Positions 9,774-20,000 of a stretch of 64,000 nt of DNA are shown here, piece by piece. A model generated the notes under the pieces. The model searched no databases. It was given only the letters and a program-made list of their open reading frames with translations, and was not told the origin of the DNA. A program made the position numbers and the translations under genes. Origin of the DNA: a virus (taxonomy: Duplodnaviria; Caudoviricetes); the IMG/VR virus record IMGVR_UViG_3300021295_000001. One strand, 5' to 3'. Position 1 is the stretch's first letter. Each line of letters begins with the position of its first letter.

Positions 9774-11017
9774 TAACCGAATAGAATCCCTTTTGTAGCA
9801 ATACAATAGCAAACAACCTCGTTAATTGCTGGAAAACCCGATATGGACAATCAGCAGCCAAGCCCCGTGTATCAGTAAGCGGGGAAGGTTCAACGACTAT
9901 CGAAAGCGTAATCGGCGAGAAAAACGCCGATGAGGAAGCGAGTAGAGTAGGGCTTCGGTCCGAAAGACGAGGCAACCGAATGAGGACAAACCAAGTTCGG
10001 CTGATAATATAGTCTGAGCACCATGGTAACATGGTGAGCCTGACATTACTGGTAAATGACACAATGCCACGTGGCGAGCCATAACTCGCATCCGCACATG
10101 CGTGGCGAATACATAGAACGCTTTATGGAGAGTTAAGATGAAGAGAAAACTGAAGTACTTGGATTCAAGTTGCATCGACGACATCGTGAACATGTATGAG
10201 GTCGAGCGAAAGACCCTGAGAGATTGCGGAAGGAAATACGGGCTGTCCCGACCTTCCGTGAAAAGGCTCCTCGAAGAAAACGGGACCCACATCAGGACCA
10301 ACAGCGAGTCACACAGAAAACATATCACTGACGCCGAAATCGCGGAAACCGTGGAATGGTACGAATCGGGCCACACGCTGGACGAATGCTCCGAGAAAAC
10401 GGGGCTCAAGCGAAGCACCACGTATAATATACTGAAGAACCACACGAAAACGCGAAATACTTCCGAATACACGAAGGGCAAGAGGAGGGATGAGGCCACG
10501 AGGGCCAAAATCTCCAAGTCCAAAATGGGACACCCAGTGTCGGAGAAAGTGAGGCAACGCATGAGGGACTACAACAGAAACCTCGACAAAAAGACCATCC
10601 AGATAAAACTCACGAAGGCATGGTTGACCAAGAAACTCCACGGAACGTGCAACACCTCGAAACCTGAGGAGGAACTGTACCAAAGGTTGCTAAAGGAAAA
10701 CGTCAACAAGACGATACTGAGGCAATACAAGGACAGCGAAAGATACCCGTTCTACTGCGACTTCTACATAGTGGAAGACGACAAATTCATCGAACTCAAC
10801 GCGCATTGGTCGCACGGCGGAAAGCCCTACGACGAAAACGACGAGGAGTGCCAAAAGAAACTGGCGCTGTGGCGAGAGAAGGCCAAGACCTCGGCGTTCT
10901 ACGCGCAAGCCATAAAGGTGTGGACCGAAACGGACGTGCTCAAAGCAAAGACGGCCAAGGAACACAACCTCAACTACGAAGTCATTTACTAAGAATGCTT
11001 ACGAATAACAAAACCTG
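9774..11017 (+). mobile_element. group I intron (1244 nt) in the major capsid gene
   Basis: P1: exon GGATTT pairs with AGAATCC giving the U-G splice pair; core elements AATTGCTGGAAA, AATCAGCAGCCAAG, GTTCAACGACTA, ATATAGTCT; terminal G at 11017; splicing restores the frame TGF/IQYIQF. Confidence 0.9.
10138..10992 (+). CDS. intron-encoded homing endonuclease (HTH/NUMOD3-like repeats plus Vsr-like PD-(D/E)XK domain)
   Basis: DEATRAKISKSKMG basic repeat; SKPE...YPFYCDFY...FIELNAHWSHG. Confidence 0.8.
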   Translation: MKRKLKYLDSSCIDDIVNMYEVERKTLRDCGRKYGLSRPSVKRLLEENGTHIRTNSESHRKHITDAEIAETVEWYESGHTLDECSEKTGLKRSTTYNILKNHTKTRNTSEYTKGKRRDEATRAKISKSKMGHPVSEKVRQRMRDYNRNLDKKTIQIKLTKAWLTKKLHGTCNTSKPEEELYQRLLKENVNKTILRQYKDSERYPFYCDFYIVEDDKFIELNAHWSHGGKPYDENDEECQKKLALWREKAKTSAFYAQAIKVWTETDVLKAKTAKEHNLNYEVIY

Positions 11018-12082
11018 ATTCAGTACATCCAGTTCGTCGCTGGCTCCAACAAGGGCGGAATCCAACGCGGTGCCGTCTTCAACGACCCCTTCCACCTCGG
11101 CCCCATGACCGATGACAGGGTCGACTACACCGCCCAAGCCATCGCCGAGAACGTCGAACTCGACGCCCAAGGCAAGGCCACCCTCGCCTGGGCTCCCATC
11201 AGCGAGTCCTTCACCCCCGTCGTCGTCGGCCAGCCCTCCGCGGTCGTCACCGTCGTCGACGCCGCCACTGGCGAAATCTCCGTCGCTGGCGCCTCTGGCA
11301 CCGCCATCAAGGTCAAGTACCTCTATGACCAGGCCATCATCCCCGCCAACGACATCCCGACCCTCAACATGAGGGTAGAGGGCATCGCCCTCGAGGCCAA
11401 GCCCCGTCGCATCGCCATCTACTTCGACCAGATGGCCGCCTTCCAAGCGAAGACCGAGATGGGCATCGACCTCGGCGACGTCCTCGCCAAGCAGGCCGTC
11501 TCCGAACTCTCCTACGAAATCGACACCGAAATCGTGAAGTTGCTCGCCGAATCCGCCCCGACCGACGTCACCCTCCAGTTCAACAAGAGGATTCCCGTCG
11601 GCATCTCCATGGAACAGCACTACGAGGCCTTCGCCGAGACCATCGAGCGCGCTTCCCAAATCATCTACGACAGGACCCAGCGCTACCACGCCAACTACAT
11701 GGTCTGCGCGTCCAACGTCAAGCCCCTCCTCGCCCTCGTGAGGGGTTGGAAGGCCACTGGCGAAGCGACCCGCAACGGCCCGTACCTCGCTGGCACCCTC
11801 AACGGCCTCAAGGTCTTCGTCTCCCCCGCCATCGAGCCCAACAAGTGGTTCGTGGGCTTCAACGGCGACGACCTCATGACCTCGGCGGCCATCTACGCCC
11901 CCTATATGCTCATCGCCCCGACCGCGCTCCTCAACTTCGCGGATGGTGGCAACAGCCAGGGCTTTATGACCCTTTACGACCTAAAACTCCTCAACGACAA
12001 ACTCCTCGTCGCTGGTGAAATCATCAACGCCAAGGACGTCGAAGCGGTCCAGGTCGTCCCGACCGAAGACGTCGGCGAATAA
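11018..12082 (+). CDS. major capsid protein, exon 2 (spliced product about 455 aa, T4 gp23-like)
   Basis: IALEAKPRRI, LSYEIDTEI, AGTLNGLKVF, AAIYAPY motifs; strongly biased codon usage. Confidence 0.9.
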   Translation: MQYIQFVAGSNKGGIQRGAVFNDPFHLGPMTDDRVDYTAQAIAENVELDAQGKATLAWAPISESFTPVVVGQPSAVVTVVDAATGEISVAGASGTAIKVKYLYDQAIIPANDIPTLNMRVEGIALEAKPRRIAIYFDQMAAFQAKTEMGIDLGDVLAKQAVSELSYEIDTEIVKLLAESAPTDVTLQFNKRIPVGISMEQHYEAFAETIERASQIIYDRTQRYHANYMVCASNVKPLLALVRGWKATGEATRNGPYLAGTLNGLKVFVSPAIEPNKWFVGFNGDDLMTSAAIYAPYMLIAPTALLNFADGGNSQGFMTLYDLKLLNDKLLVAGEIINAKDVEAVQVVPTEDVGE

Positions 12083-12109
12083 CCTCGGTTATCCGTACAA
12101 AGTCAAGTC

Positions 12110-12135
12110 AAGGACCTCGAAAGAGGTCCTTTTCT
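12110..12135 (+). terminator. intrinsic terminator after the capsid gene
   Basis: AAGGACCTC-GAAA-GAGGTCCTTTT. Confidence 0.85.
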
Positions 12136-13204
12136 TTTTGCTAAATTAACTGTATAATATCATGTGGTGCGTAGCACTATAAGCGGAGGTTATCGGTATG
12201 TCGAGCAAGGGTCTTCATTGGTTCAACGACGGGAAATCCGAGGTTTGCGTGGCGGAGTGCCCAGACGGATGGCGCAAAGGACGTCTCCCAGCGTCCGACG
12301 AGGCGAGGCGGAGGATGTCCGAATCCTGTTGGACGAAGCGCGCGTCGAAGGAGGAACTGTCGGCCAGGAACGCCAGGATTTCCGAAACCAAGTCCGCGAA
12401 GACGGAGGAGGAGAGGGCCGAATACGCCAGAAGGGTATCCGAGGGCAGGAAGGGCAAAGGGCTCGGCGTGGAGCCTTGGAACAAGGGCATGACTGGGTTG
12501 GTCGCCCACAACAAAGGCGTCCCGATGTCCGAGGGGCAGAAACTTAAACTCCGCGAGGCATACGCGTCCCTGTCCGATGAGGAGAAGCGGGAACGCGCCC
12601 TGAAGGTATCCGTGGCGAACAAGGGCAGGAGCGTCTGGAACAAAGGCCTGAGGTGCCCCCTGCCACGCGACGTGGCCGTGGCGAGGAAGGCGAAGGAGCA
12701 CGAGACCAAGAAGAGGAACGGCTCCTACACGCGCTCGTTGATGGAGGACATGTGCTACTCGTTGATGTCCGATTATTTCGGATGGGACGTGGAGAGGCAG
12801 TATTCCGACGAACGCTATCCGTATGACTGCGACTTCCACACGGCGGACGACCTGTTCATCGAGATTAACGGGAATTGGACGCACAACGACCACCCATACG
12901 GAACGCGCGAGGACGACGATGAGACGCTGGCCGAATGGAAATCGAGGACCGATTCCGATTATTACGCGAACGCGGTGTACACTTGGTCCGATTTGGACGT
13001 GAGGAAATTCGAGAAGGCGATGGAAAACGGGCTGAAATACGTGGTCATATACCCGTCGAACACCTTGGATTTCAACCTCTCGATAAACGATGAGGAGTTC
13101 TCCGACCTCGTGACGGCGCTCTACAACTGTTGCAACTTCAATGGAGCGAGAAAGCGATGAACCACATCGCTTTTCTTTTTGCTAAATTAACTGTATAATA
13201 TCAT
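12129..13204 (+). repeat. 35-bp direct repeat (12129-12163 and 13170-13204) flanking an endonuclease gene
   Basis: CTTTTCTTTTTGCTAAATTAACTGTATAATATCAT present twice. Confidence 0.9.
12198..13160 (+). CDS. free-standing homing endonuclease (NUMOD-like repeats plus Vsr-like domain)
   Basis: WFNDG, PWNKG repeats; RQYSDERYPYDCDF...FIEINGNWTH, homologous to the intron ORF. Confidence 0.8.
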   Translation: MSSKGLHWFNDGKSEVCVAECPDGWRKGRLPASDEARRRMSESCWTKRASKEELSARNARISETKSAKTEEERAEYARRVSEGRKGKGLGVEPWNKGMTGLVAHNKGVPMSEGQKLKLREAYASLSDEEKRERALKVSVANKGRSVWNKGLRCPLPRDVAVARKAKEHETKKRNGSYTRSLMEDMCYSLMSDYFGWDVERQYSDERYPYDCDFHTADDLFIEINGNWTHNDHPYGTREDDDETLAEWKSRTDSDYYANAVYTWSDLDVRKFEKAMENGLKYVVIYPSNTLDFNLSINDEEFSDLVTALYNCCNFNGARKR

Positions 13205-13228
13205 TGGGACTTATTGGGAGATGAAACC

Positions 13229-14821
13229 ATGGACGTTGTGAATAAGGTCGGTCAGAAGGCGCGCGAGAAGGCGAACGCCGATTTGCTCGAGGCGATGTCG
13301 GGGCGCAGGGACGAGTTGTTCTCGTTCTACGATTCGCATTCGTACAAGGAGACGCTGGACGAGTTCGGCATACCGAGTTACAAGAGGCTCAGCGCGATAC
13401 TGAAGGCTCTTGGGTACGATTTCTCGCGGAAGAAGGGGAACAGCGTGCTCAAGGGGAAGCCGTCCCCGCGTAGCCACGAGAGTTACGTCGCTGGAGGCAG
13501 GAAGAGTTCCGAGACGCAAAGGGACGCGTGGGCGGGGAAAACGGACGAAGAGAAGGGGGAATGGTCCAAGAAGATGGCCGATTCCCATTCGTCCGAGGAG
13601 TACAAAGCGAGGAAATCGAAGGCGCAGAAGGAATGGTACGCATCGCTTTCCGACGATGACAAGAAGGAATACGCCCGCGTGCGTGGCGAAGGCTCCAAGG
13701 CTTGGTGGGATTCACTGACCGAGGACGAGAAGGCGGAGCAGGTGGCGAAGCACATGGAGGCTGGCGCTGGGTGGAACCACGAGAGGATAAGGCAAACCCT
13801 GCGCGATAGATACGGGGTTTCCAACGTGTCGCAAGTACCTTCCGTGAGCGCCAAGGCCGTCGAGGGGATGAGGAAGACGTGCCTTGAGAAATACGGGGTT
13901 GAGTGGAATTGCCAACTCGAGCAATGCAAGACGGCCATTGGGGCCAAATCGTCGAACACGAAGCCGAACGTGGAGTTCGCCACGCTTTTGGATTCCATGG
14001 GTATTGCGTACGAAAGGGAATTCAACCTCGGGAAATACATATACGACTTCAAGGTGGGCGACACGTTGGTCGAAATCAACCCGACCCCGACCCACAATTC
14101 CACGTGGAACCCCTTCGGAGGGGAACCGCTCGACAAACTCTACCACAAGGACAAACTGGCCAACGCCGAGAAGAACGGCTACAGGTGCGTCATGGTGTGG
14201 GACTGGGACGTGCCAGAGAAGGTGGCGTGGTCCCTGAAGGACGCCGAGGTCGTGTACGCCAGGAAATGCGAGGTCAGGGAAATCGGTATGGCGGAATGCT
14301 CCGAGTTCGTCAACAGGCACCATTTCCAGAACGACGCCCGTTGCTCCGTGCGACTGGGCCTGTTCCACGAAGGCGAGTTGGTAAGCGTGATGACGTTCGG
14401 GAAGCCGAGGTACAACGGGAACCACGAGTGGGAACTGATTAGGTACTGTTCGTCCAAGAAGGTAATCGGAGGGGCGAGCAAACTGTTCAGGCGCTTCGTG
14501 GCCGACCACGCGCCGAGGAGCATAGTAAGTTATTGCGACAGGTCCAAGTTCAAGGGTGACCTATACCCGAAACTCGGGTTCGCGCTGACGAAGAGGGGTA
14601 AGCCGTCGAAGCATTGGCACAGCATAAGGACTGGGGAGCACTACACGGACAACCTGCTCAGGCAACAGGGGTTCTCGAGGCTCGTGCACAGGACGGACGC
14701 GTCCAACGAGGATTTGGCGACGTCCGACAACGCGACCCTCATGCGCGAGGAGGGGTTCGCCGAGGTATGGGACTGCGGTCAGGACGTGTACGTTTGGGAA
14801 AACGGCACAAGCGACCGTTGA
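13229..14821 (+). CDS. putative Hef-like free-standing endonuclease (KYGV repeats, PD-(D/E)XK domain, C-terminal GNAT-like domain)
   Basis: TCLEKYGVE repeats; YDF...LVEIN; VYARKCEVREI...GGASKLF...SYCD. Confidence 0.7.
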   Translation: MDVVNKVGQKAREKANADLLEAMSGRRDELFSFYDSHSYKETLDEFGIPSYKRLSAILKALGYDFSRKKGNSVLKGKPSPRSHESYVAGGRKSSETQRDAWAGKTDEEKGEWSKKMADSHSSEEYKARKSKAQKEWYASLSDDDKKEYARVRGEGSKAWWDSLTEDEKAEQVAKHMEAGAGWNHERIRQTLRDRYGVSNVSQVPSVSAKAVEGMRKTCLEKYGVEWNCQLEQCKTAIGAKSSNTKPNVEFATLLDSMGIAYEREFNLGKYIYDFKVGDTLVEINPTPTHNSTWNPFGGEPLDKLYHKDKLANAEKNGYRCVMVWDWDVPEKVAWSLKDAEVVYARKCEVREIGMAECSEFVNRHHFQNDARCSVRLGLFHEGELVSVMTFGKPRYNGNHEWELIRYCSSKKVIGGASKLFRRFVADHAPRSIVSYCDRSKFKGDLYPKLGFALTKRGKPSKHWHSIRTGEHYTDNLLRQQGFSRLVHRTDASNEDLATSDNATLMREEGFAEVWDCGQDVYVWENGTSDR

Positions 14822-14852
14822 CATCGGGCCGAATCCGTGATAGCATATGGGC

Positions 14853-15053
14853 ATGGGAAAGAGGAAATCCAAAAAGGCGAATGTGCGGAAAACGCACGGT
14901 GGGAAGGTAATCGTGAGCGTGGACGTCTCTGGCGTGAAGGTCAGGGACGAGGTCCATTTGGCCATGATTGCCAAGACGAGGCCACACGTCGTCGCGGACA
15001 AACGCAGGAAGAAGTCCAAACACCCGAAGAGGGACATGGACGGTCTCTGCTAA
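14853..15053 (+). CDS. small basic protein
   Basis: TTGACA...TGATAGCAT promoter at 14818; K/R-rich. Confidence 0.6.
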   Translation: MGKRKSKKANVRKTHGGKVIVSVDVSGVKVRDEVHLAMIAKTRPHVVADKRRKKSKHPKRDMDGLC

Positions 15054-15061
15054 ATTGTCTG

Positions 15062-15820
15062 ATGGACAACGCTTTTTCAGGCGCTGGCAAGCGCAATACA
15101 AGAATGCACGTTAAACCCAAAGGGGTGAAGGACATGAAGGAATCTAAACGCAAGGGCAAGGTCATTTTCTTCGGCAAGGGCCAAGAGCGTGACGGGGTCA
15201 GGGAAGAGGTAATCGACGAGGCTGGCAAGAAACTGCCGTATGGCGTTCTGGCGTGGGGCCTCAACGAAATCATCTCTGGCATGAACGACGAGGAAGCCTA
15301 CTACGGCTCATGGCTTTACGTGTGGCCAGACGGCGCCACCCGCGAGGACGCCAACGACTCGTTCGGCACAAAGGAGGAATACCAGGAACTCGAGGACCTG
15401 TTCAAGAAGGTGTACAAGGCCTACCACAGGTCTGGGCTGTACAACGTGAGCGACAAGACGTTGGAACGCGCCCACGAATGGGATAGGAAACTCGGTCTGA
15501 CGCCAATCGCCGACGTCGGTAGGAAGGGCTCCGTCCAATCCAAGTTCGAGGACGGTACCGAGGAGAAAATCGGCGAGGTCCTCAAAGGCGTTGGGATAGG
15601 CGAAGAAGAATACGAAATCGAGGAGGAGCACGACGCTGGCGACGCCGAGCACCCATACAAGACCGTCTATTTCTTCGAAGACGAAGTAGCCAAGAAGGCG
15701 CTTAAGGCGCTCAGGGCATCCAACGCGTTCGTCACCGTCAAGGGTTACGAGGAGCCGTTCCCCGACGACGTGCACAGCGCCATCGAGATTCTGGTCAGCG
15801 CATACGATTACGGGAGGTGA
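15062..15820 (+). CDS. hypothetical protein (start uncertain, 15062 or 15134)
   Basis: Follows TGCTAAATT at 15048; typical codon usage. Confidence 0.65.
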   Translation: MDNAFSGAGKRNTRMHVKPKGVKDMKESKRKGKVIFFGKGQERDGVREEVIDEAGKKLPYGVLAWGLNEIISGMNDEEAYYGSWLYVWPDGATREDANDSFGTKEEYQELEDLFKKVYKAYHRSGLYNVSDKTLERAHEWDRKLGLTPIADVGRKGSVQSKFEDGTEEKIGEVLKGVGIGEEEYEIEEEHDAGDAEHPYKTVYFFEDEVAKKALKALRASNAFVTVKGYEEPFPDDVHSAIEILVSAYDYGR

Positions 15821-15826
15821 CGCGAC

Positions 15827-16357
15827 ATGGAAAGCGGATTCACCGTATACTACGATTTCGAATACAATGGATTCGAGGACAAGTTCTGGGACTACGAGGT
15901 GCCGATGGCAATCCTCGTGTCTGGCATTCGGGAATACTTCTCAAGGTACAACGTCGAACTCGACGGCACAGATTCCGCCATATGGAACTCCCTGCACGAC
16001 GTCGACGGCGCGCTGGACGAGATATTCGAGACCATGACCGAATGGTACGAGGACAAGTGCGAGAAACTCGCCTTCGAGAAATTCAAGGAGTACGCCGAAA
16101 GCGAACTCGAGTGGAAGGCCGAGCGCGAGGGTTTCGATGAGGACCTCGACGACGAGGAAGAGTCAGAGCGCGTAATCAAGACGAAGGTATTCGCAGATTA
16201 CGTTGAACGCCTGAAAGCAAACCATCCAGAGATGGGGCCATCCGAACTTTGGGCCTTGGCTCAGGAAAAGAACGACATCTACGAACCCGTGTTCTCCCGC
16301 GAGGAGATAGAGGAACACAAGCGCGCCGTGTTCGACGCGTTTGCGGAAGGCGAATAG
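15827..16357 (+). CDS. highly acidic hypothetical protein
   Basis: GGAGG SD; D/E-rich. Confidence 0.75.
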   Translation: MESGFTVYYDFEYNGFEDKFWDYEVPMAILVSGIREYFSRYNVELDGTDSAIWNSLHDVDGALDEIFETMTEWYEDKCEKLAFEKFKEYAESELEWKAEREGFDEDLDDEEESERVIKTKVFADYVERLKANHPEMGPSELWALAQEKNDIYEPVFSREEIEEHKRAVFDAFAEGE

Positions 16358-16358
16358 G

Positions 16359-16550
16359 ATGGACGGCCTCGAGATAGGCTCCGTCGTTATCATCTCCGAC
16401 CCAGACACCGTTTGGGACGGGAAGACTGGGGTCCTGAAGGGAATCGACGAATCGGCTGGCATCGCGCTGGTGTACGTCGACTTCCTGCCAGATAAGGGCA
16501 AGAAGGTCCTGCAATACTTCGAAACCGAAAAACTGGCGCCCGCCGAATGA
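16359..16550 (+). CDS. small KOW/SH3-like protein
   Basis: LEIGSVVII...WDGKTGVLKGID...VYVDF resembles a KOW motif. Confidence 0.55.
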   Translation: MDGLEIGSVVIISDPDTVWDGKTGVLKGIDESAGIALVYVDFLPDKGKKVLQYFETEKLAPAE

Positions 16551-16565
16551 GGCGCCTTTTTCTTT
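16535..16565 (+). terminator. intrinsic terminator
   Basis: GGCGCC...GGCGCCTTTTTCTTT. Confidence 0.55.
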
Positions 16566-16822
16566 ACGCGCATATTTACGCGCATACGCGCACGTGCGAT
16601 GTTCGAAGCGTTTTTGAATTGAAAACGAATCAAAAAACGAATGCTTATTCGAGCGCACTTATATTCATCATTCGTATATATAATACAGCGATGGAAAACG
16701 CAACCCCGCGGATTTCGTATAAAATCATCAGAAAGGGAAATCGTTTGAATAATTCCCCAAACCATATGGATAATCCCCTAAAACGCCTTGCATTTTGGGG
16801 GAATGTCGTTTACAATATGGCC

Positions 16823-17056
16823 ATGGGAAACGAAATGAAAACGTACGCACTGCCACTCGATGCGTCCGTCGTGATAGACTGTGGTGATTTCCACTATGAC
16901 TTCGTTTTGGGGGATAAGTCCGAAAAGCCTTGGTTCACCAAAGCGTCGACTCCGCGACGCGCCTACGTCAATTTCAAGAAGAGGATTGCGGAAATGGAGC
17001 GCACGTCCGTGTCGCGCGTGGACTTCGCCGTAACCGACATGGTCGAATGCGTGTGA
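16823..17056 (+). CDS. small hypothetical protein
   Basis: TTGCAT...TACAAT promoter directly upstream. Confidence 0.55.
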   Translation: MGNEMKTYALPLDASVVIDCGDFHYDFVLGDKSEKPWFTKASTPRRAYVNFKKRIAEMERTSVSRVDFAVTDMVECV

Positions 17057-17086
17057 AATACCCCGTCCGTTGCTAAATTCCATGAT

Positions 17087-20000
17087 ATGGTTGACGAAAA
17101 GGATTTTTTGGCGTTCACGGAAGACGACGTAGTCGATTACGCCGAGGTTTATGATTTGGATGAGGGGTTCGGCAAAGGCCCTTCTATTTTGATGCCCGAC
17201 GGAACCGTGTACGACCTGTCCCGCGCGTTCGAAACGCATTTCGGCTTCTTCGAGGTCGTGTTCCAGGGATTGCACGATTCCATATTGGACGAATACCCTG
17301 GCGACACTGACGTCGAGTACGAAGGCTATCTGTCCTACGACCAAGAGAAGATAATGTACCGCGCCGAGGCCGAATTGGGAATCATCACCCTGAACGTCGG
17401 CCTCACGTACAAGGAGCCGAGGGCCAAGGTCGTAATCCTCAGCAAACCGACGGAAGCGCAATACGGCGCGCTCACCGATTTCCTCGATTACGTTCAGCAA
17501 AAAGGCAAGAAGTCCGTCCTTTTCTTCATGGGCGACAAAATAGATTACGTCGAGTACCAGTTCGGAGAGGACCAAGGCACCGACGAAATCATCGACAAGG
17601 TCAGGAGGTATTTCGCCACTGGCAAGATAGTCGAGGCTCAATCGGCCGACGGCATGGCGTACGACGACGTCATCAAGGCCATCGAGGGGTCTGGCTTGTT
17701 CCCGATAACCGCGGACGCGGACGAGACTGGCTTCATCCTCCCAGACGGCAGGTTCCTGAACACGGCCGACAACGAATACGGGATGCCTTGGCACATGGCG
17801 GTCGAGGATTTCCTCGGCGACAAGGGATTGGCGAACGAGAAAGCCCGCGAAAGGTCCTCCGAAAACGACTCTGGCGACGGCTCCCCCACAATCGAGGCGT
17901 TCGGCGCCATAAGGGTAAGCGACGGCGAGGAATACATATGCCTACCGCCAGTGAGGCCGACCGAGCAGGCGTTCTCCGCCCTCGAGGGATGGTTGGCGAA
18001 GATGCACGACGAGCATAGCCTGCAGAGGGTGTACGCGTGCAATTACGAAGGCAATCAGGACGCGTTCTACGACATCGTCCCTGGTGAAGAGAAGGAAATA
18101 GTCGGCAAATTGCGCAGATATTACTCTTCGAACAGATTGATTGAATCCCCCAAAACCCTTAATTTGACAGAATATTTCGAAGAAGAGGACGGCCCGTGTT
18201 TCGTGACGAACGAGGCAAAGGAATTGGCTGATTATCTTAAACGCAAGATAAACGAAGGTCACGGTTCTTACAGGATAGTGCATTTCTACGACCAAGACGT
18301 ATACGCTGTAGCGTCTAGTTACTCCATGGTGCACTACTGGCTTGATTACAACACCAGAAAACAGATGTACGTCGACGGCAACGAGTTCGGCGCTAGGTTA
18401 ATGGCCTATCCGATAGGGGCCAGCGACGACGACAACGTGGACTATTATGACTGCGAGAACAAGGTGTATGAATTCGGCGATTGTGGCATAAAGGTGGCCG
18501 TGATAGGCGACTTCCCCGAGGATTTCGAGAAGACAACGCTATGCAAAGCACTGGGTCCGATAACTAGAAAATACGAATTCGAGAAGGACGACAGCGACAA
18601 ATACGAGAGTATGCGCCTTCCTCACGCAACAGACTTGGGCAAGCCCAAGGAATCGCATGACAAGCAAAACGAACTGACCGAGGCCAAGGATGACGAACTT
18701 AAATTCAAGGATTGGTTGGACTCCGCATACGAAGCCGTCGGATATCAGTGGAGCGACCCGATGTTGGACATTTCCTATGAAATGAGGAGCGCCGATTCTT
18801 GCTTTGATGAGTTCCAAGATTACAGGCGCAGAAACAAAGGCAGGCAAACCGATTACTATTATTGGATGGGTCAAGAACCGAGTATGTTCTTCTCCTTTCT
18901 GGCAAGAAGCATAAGAAAAAAATCGAGCAAAGCCAATGTGAAAAAGGAAGCGGAGGCTGGGGCCGAGTCCGTATACGACGGGAAATTTTGGCGTGTGTAC
19001 AAAATAAACACGTACGAGGCGTCGTGCCATTATGGCAAAGGCACCACGTGGTGCATATCGGAATACGATGACGATTATTGGGACGAATATGCTGAAAAAG
19101 GCATCACATTTTATTTCCTTCTCCCTAAAGACGGGAAAAAATACATGAAGTATGCCATAGGAATCGACCGCAACGGGCATGTTCAGATGATATTCGACCA
19201 AGAGGATTGCAATGTTGAAGGAGTGCCGAACGTACCAGACATACCCGAATTGAGAGAAGTTAGAGATGCCATGGGCTTGGATTTCCATGTGTATTTCAAC
19301 ATGGACGAAGAATTCAGCACATATGACAACTTCAGGGACGCATGGTACGCTGGCGTGAACTGGCCCGAGATGCTATGGTTCCTTTCCGAGGACGAGGAAG
19401 AAATAAAGCGCATAATGCATGACGACCTACGTATGGACGATGTGGAGGTTGTCGAATCCCTAACCGAGGCCAAAGCGGACGTCGATAAGTTCAAGGCTTG
19501 GCTCGCCGACGGGATAAGGGGAAGCAATTTCTCCGAGCCTAATGCCGATGAGGTGGCCAAAGGGTACGCCGATTTCTTCGTGGCAAACAAAAACAGACTC
19601 AAATCCCCGCAGAACGATTTCTATTATTGGATGAAGAAACCGTTCGGGGAATTCGTGTCCTTCATAAGCGACCTCAAGAGAAAGGACGACGAAAAGTCAT
19701 TGTCCAAGTCAAAGGAGGACGAAGGCTCAAAACTCGTGTACGAGGATGAGGATTGGTTTGTGTACGAGATAACCAATTACGAGGCCTCGAAGAAATATGG
19801 CGCCAATACAAAATGGTGCATTTCTGGCTCCAAGCGATGGAACAACGGGGAGAACGGAAGGAAGTTTTTCGACGAATACGCCAGCAAAGGCATCAGGTTT
19901 TTCTTCTTCATCGACAGGAAGGGTGGCAGGAAGTACGCGTTCACCGCTTATCCAGAGGCGTTGGGGGACGACGCCTACGAGATTTACAATGACATGGACG

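Noticed and set aside
9774-9776. Stop-codon recoding or pseudogene as the explanation for the broken capsid gene
   Set aside because: Group I intron elements explain the break; TAA, TAG and TGA all end genes normally elsewhere.
16547-16822. 5' part of the 169-aa ORF 16547-17056
   Set aside because: It runs through a terminator and AT-rich intergenic DNA; the promoter position favours a start at 16823.
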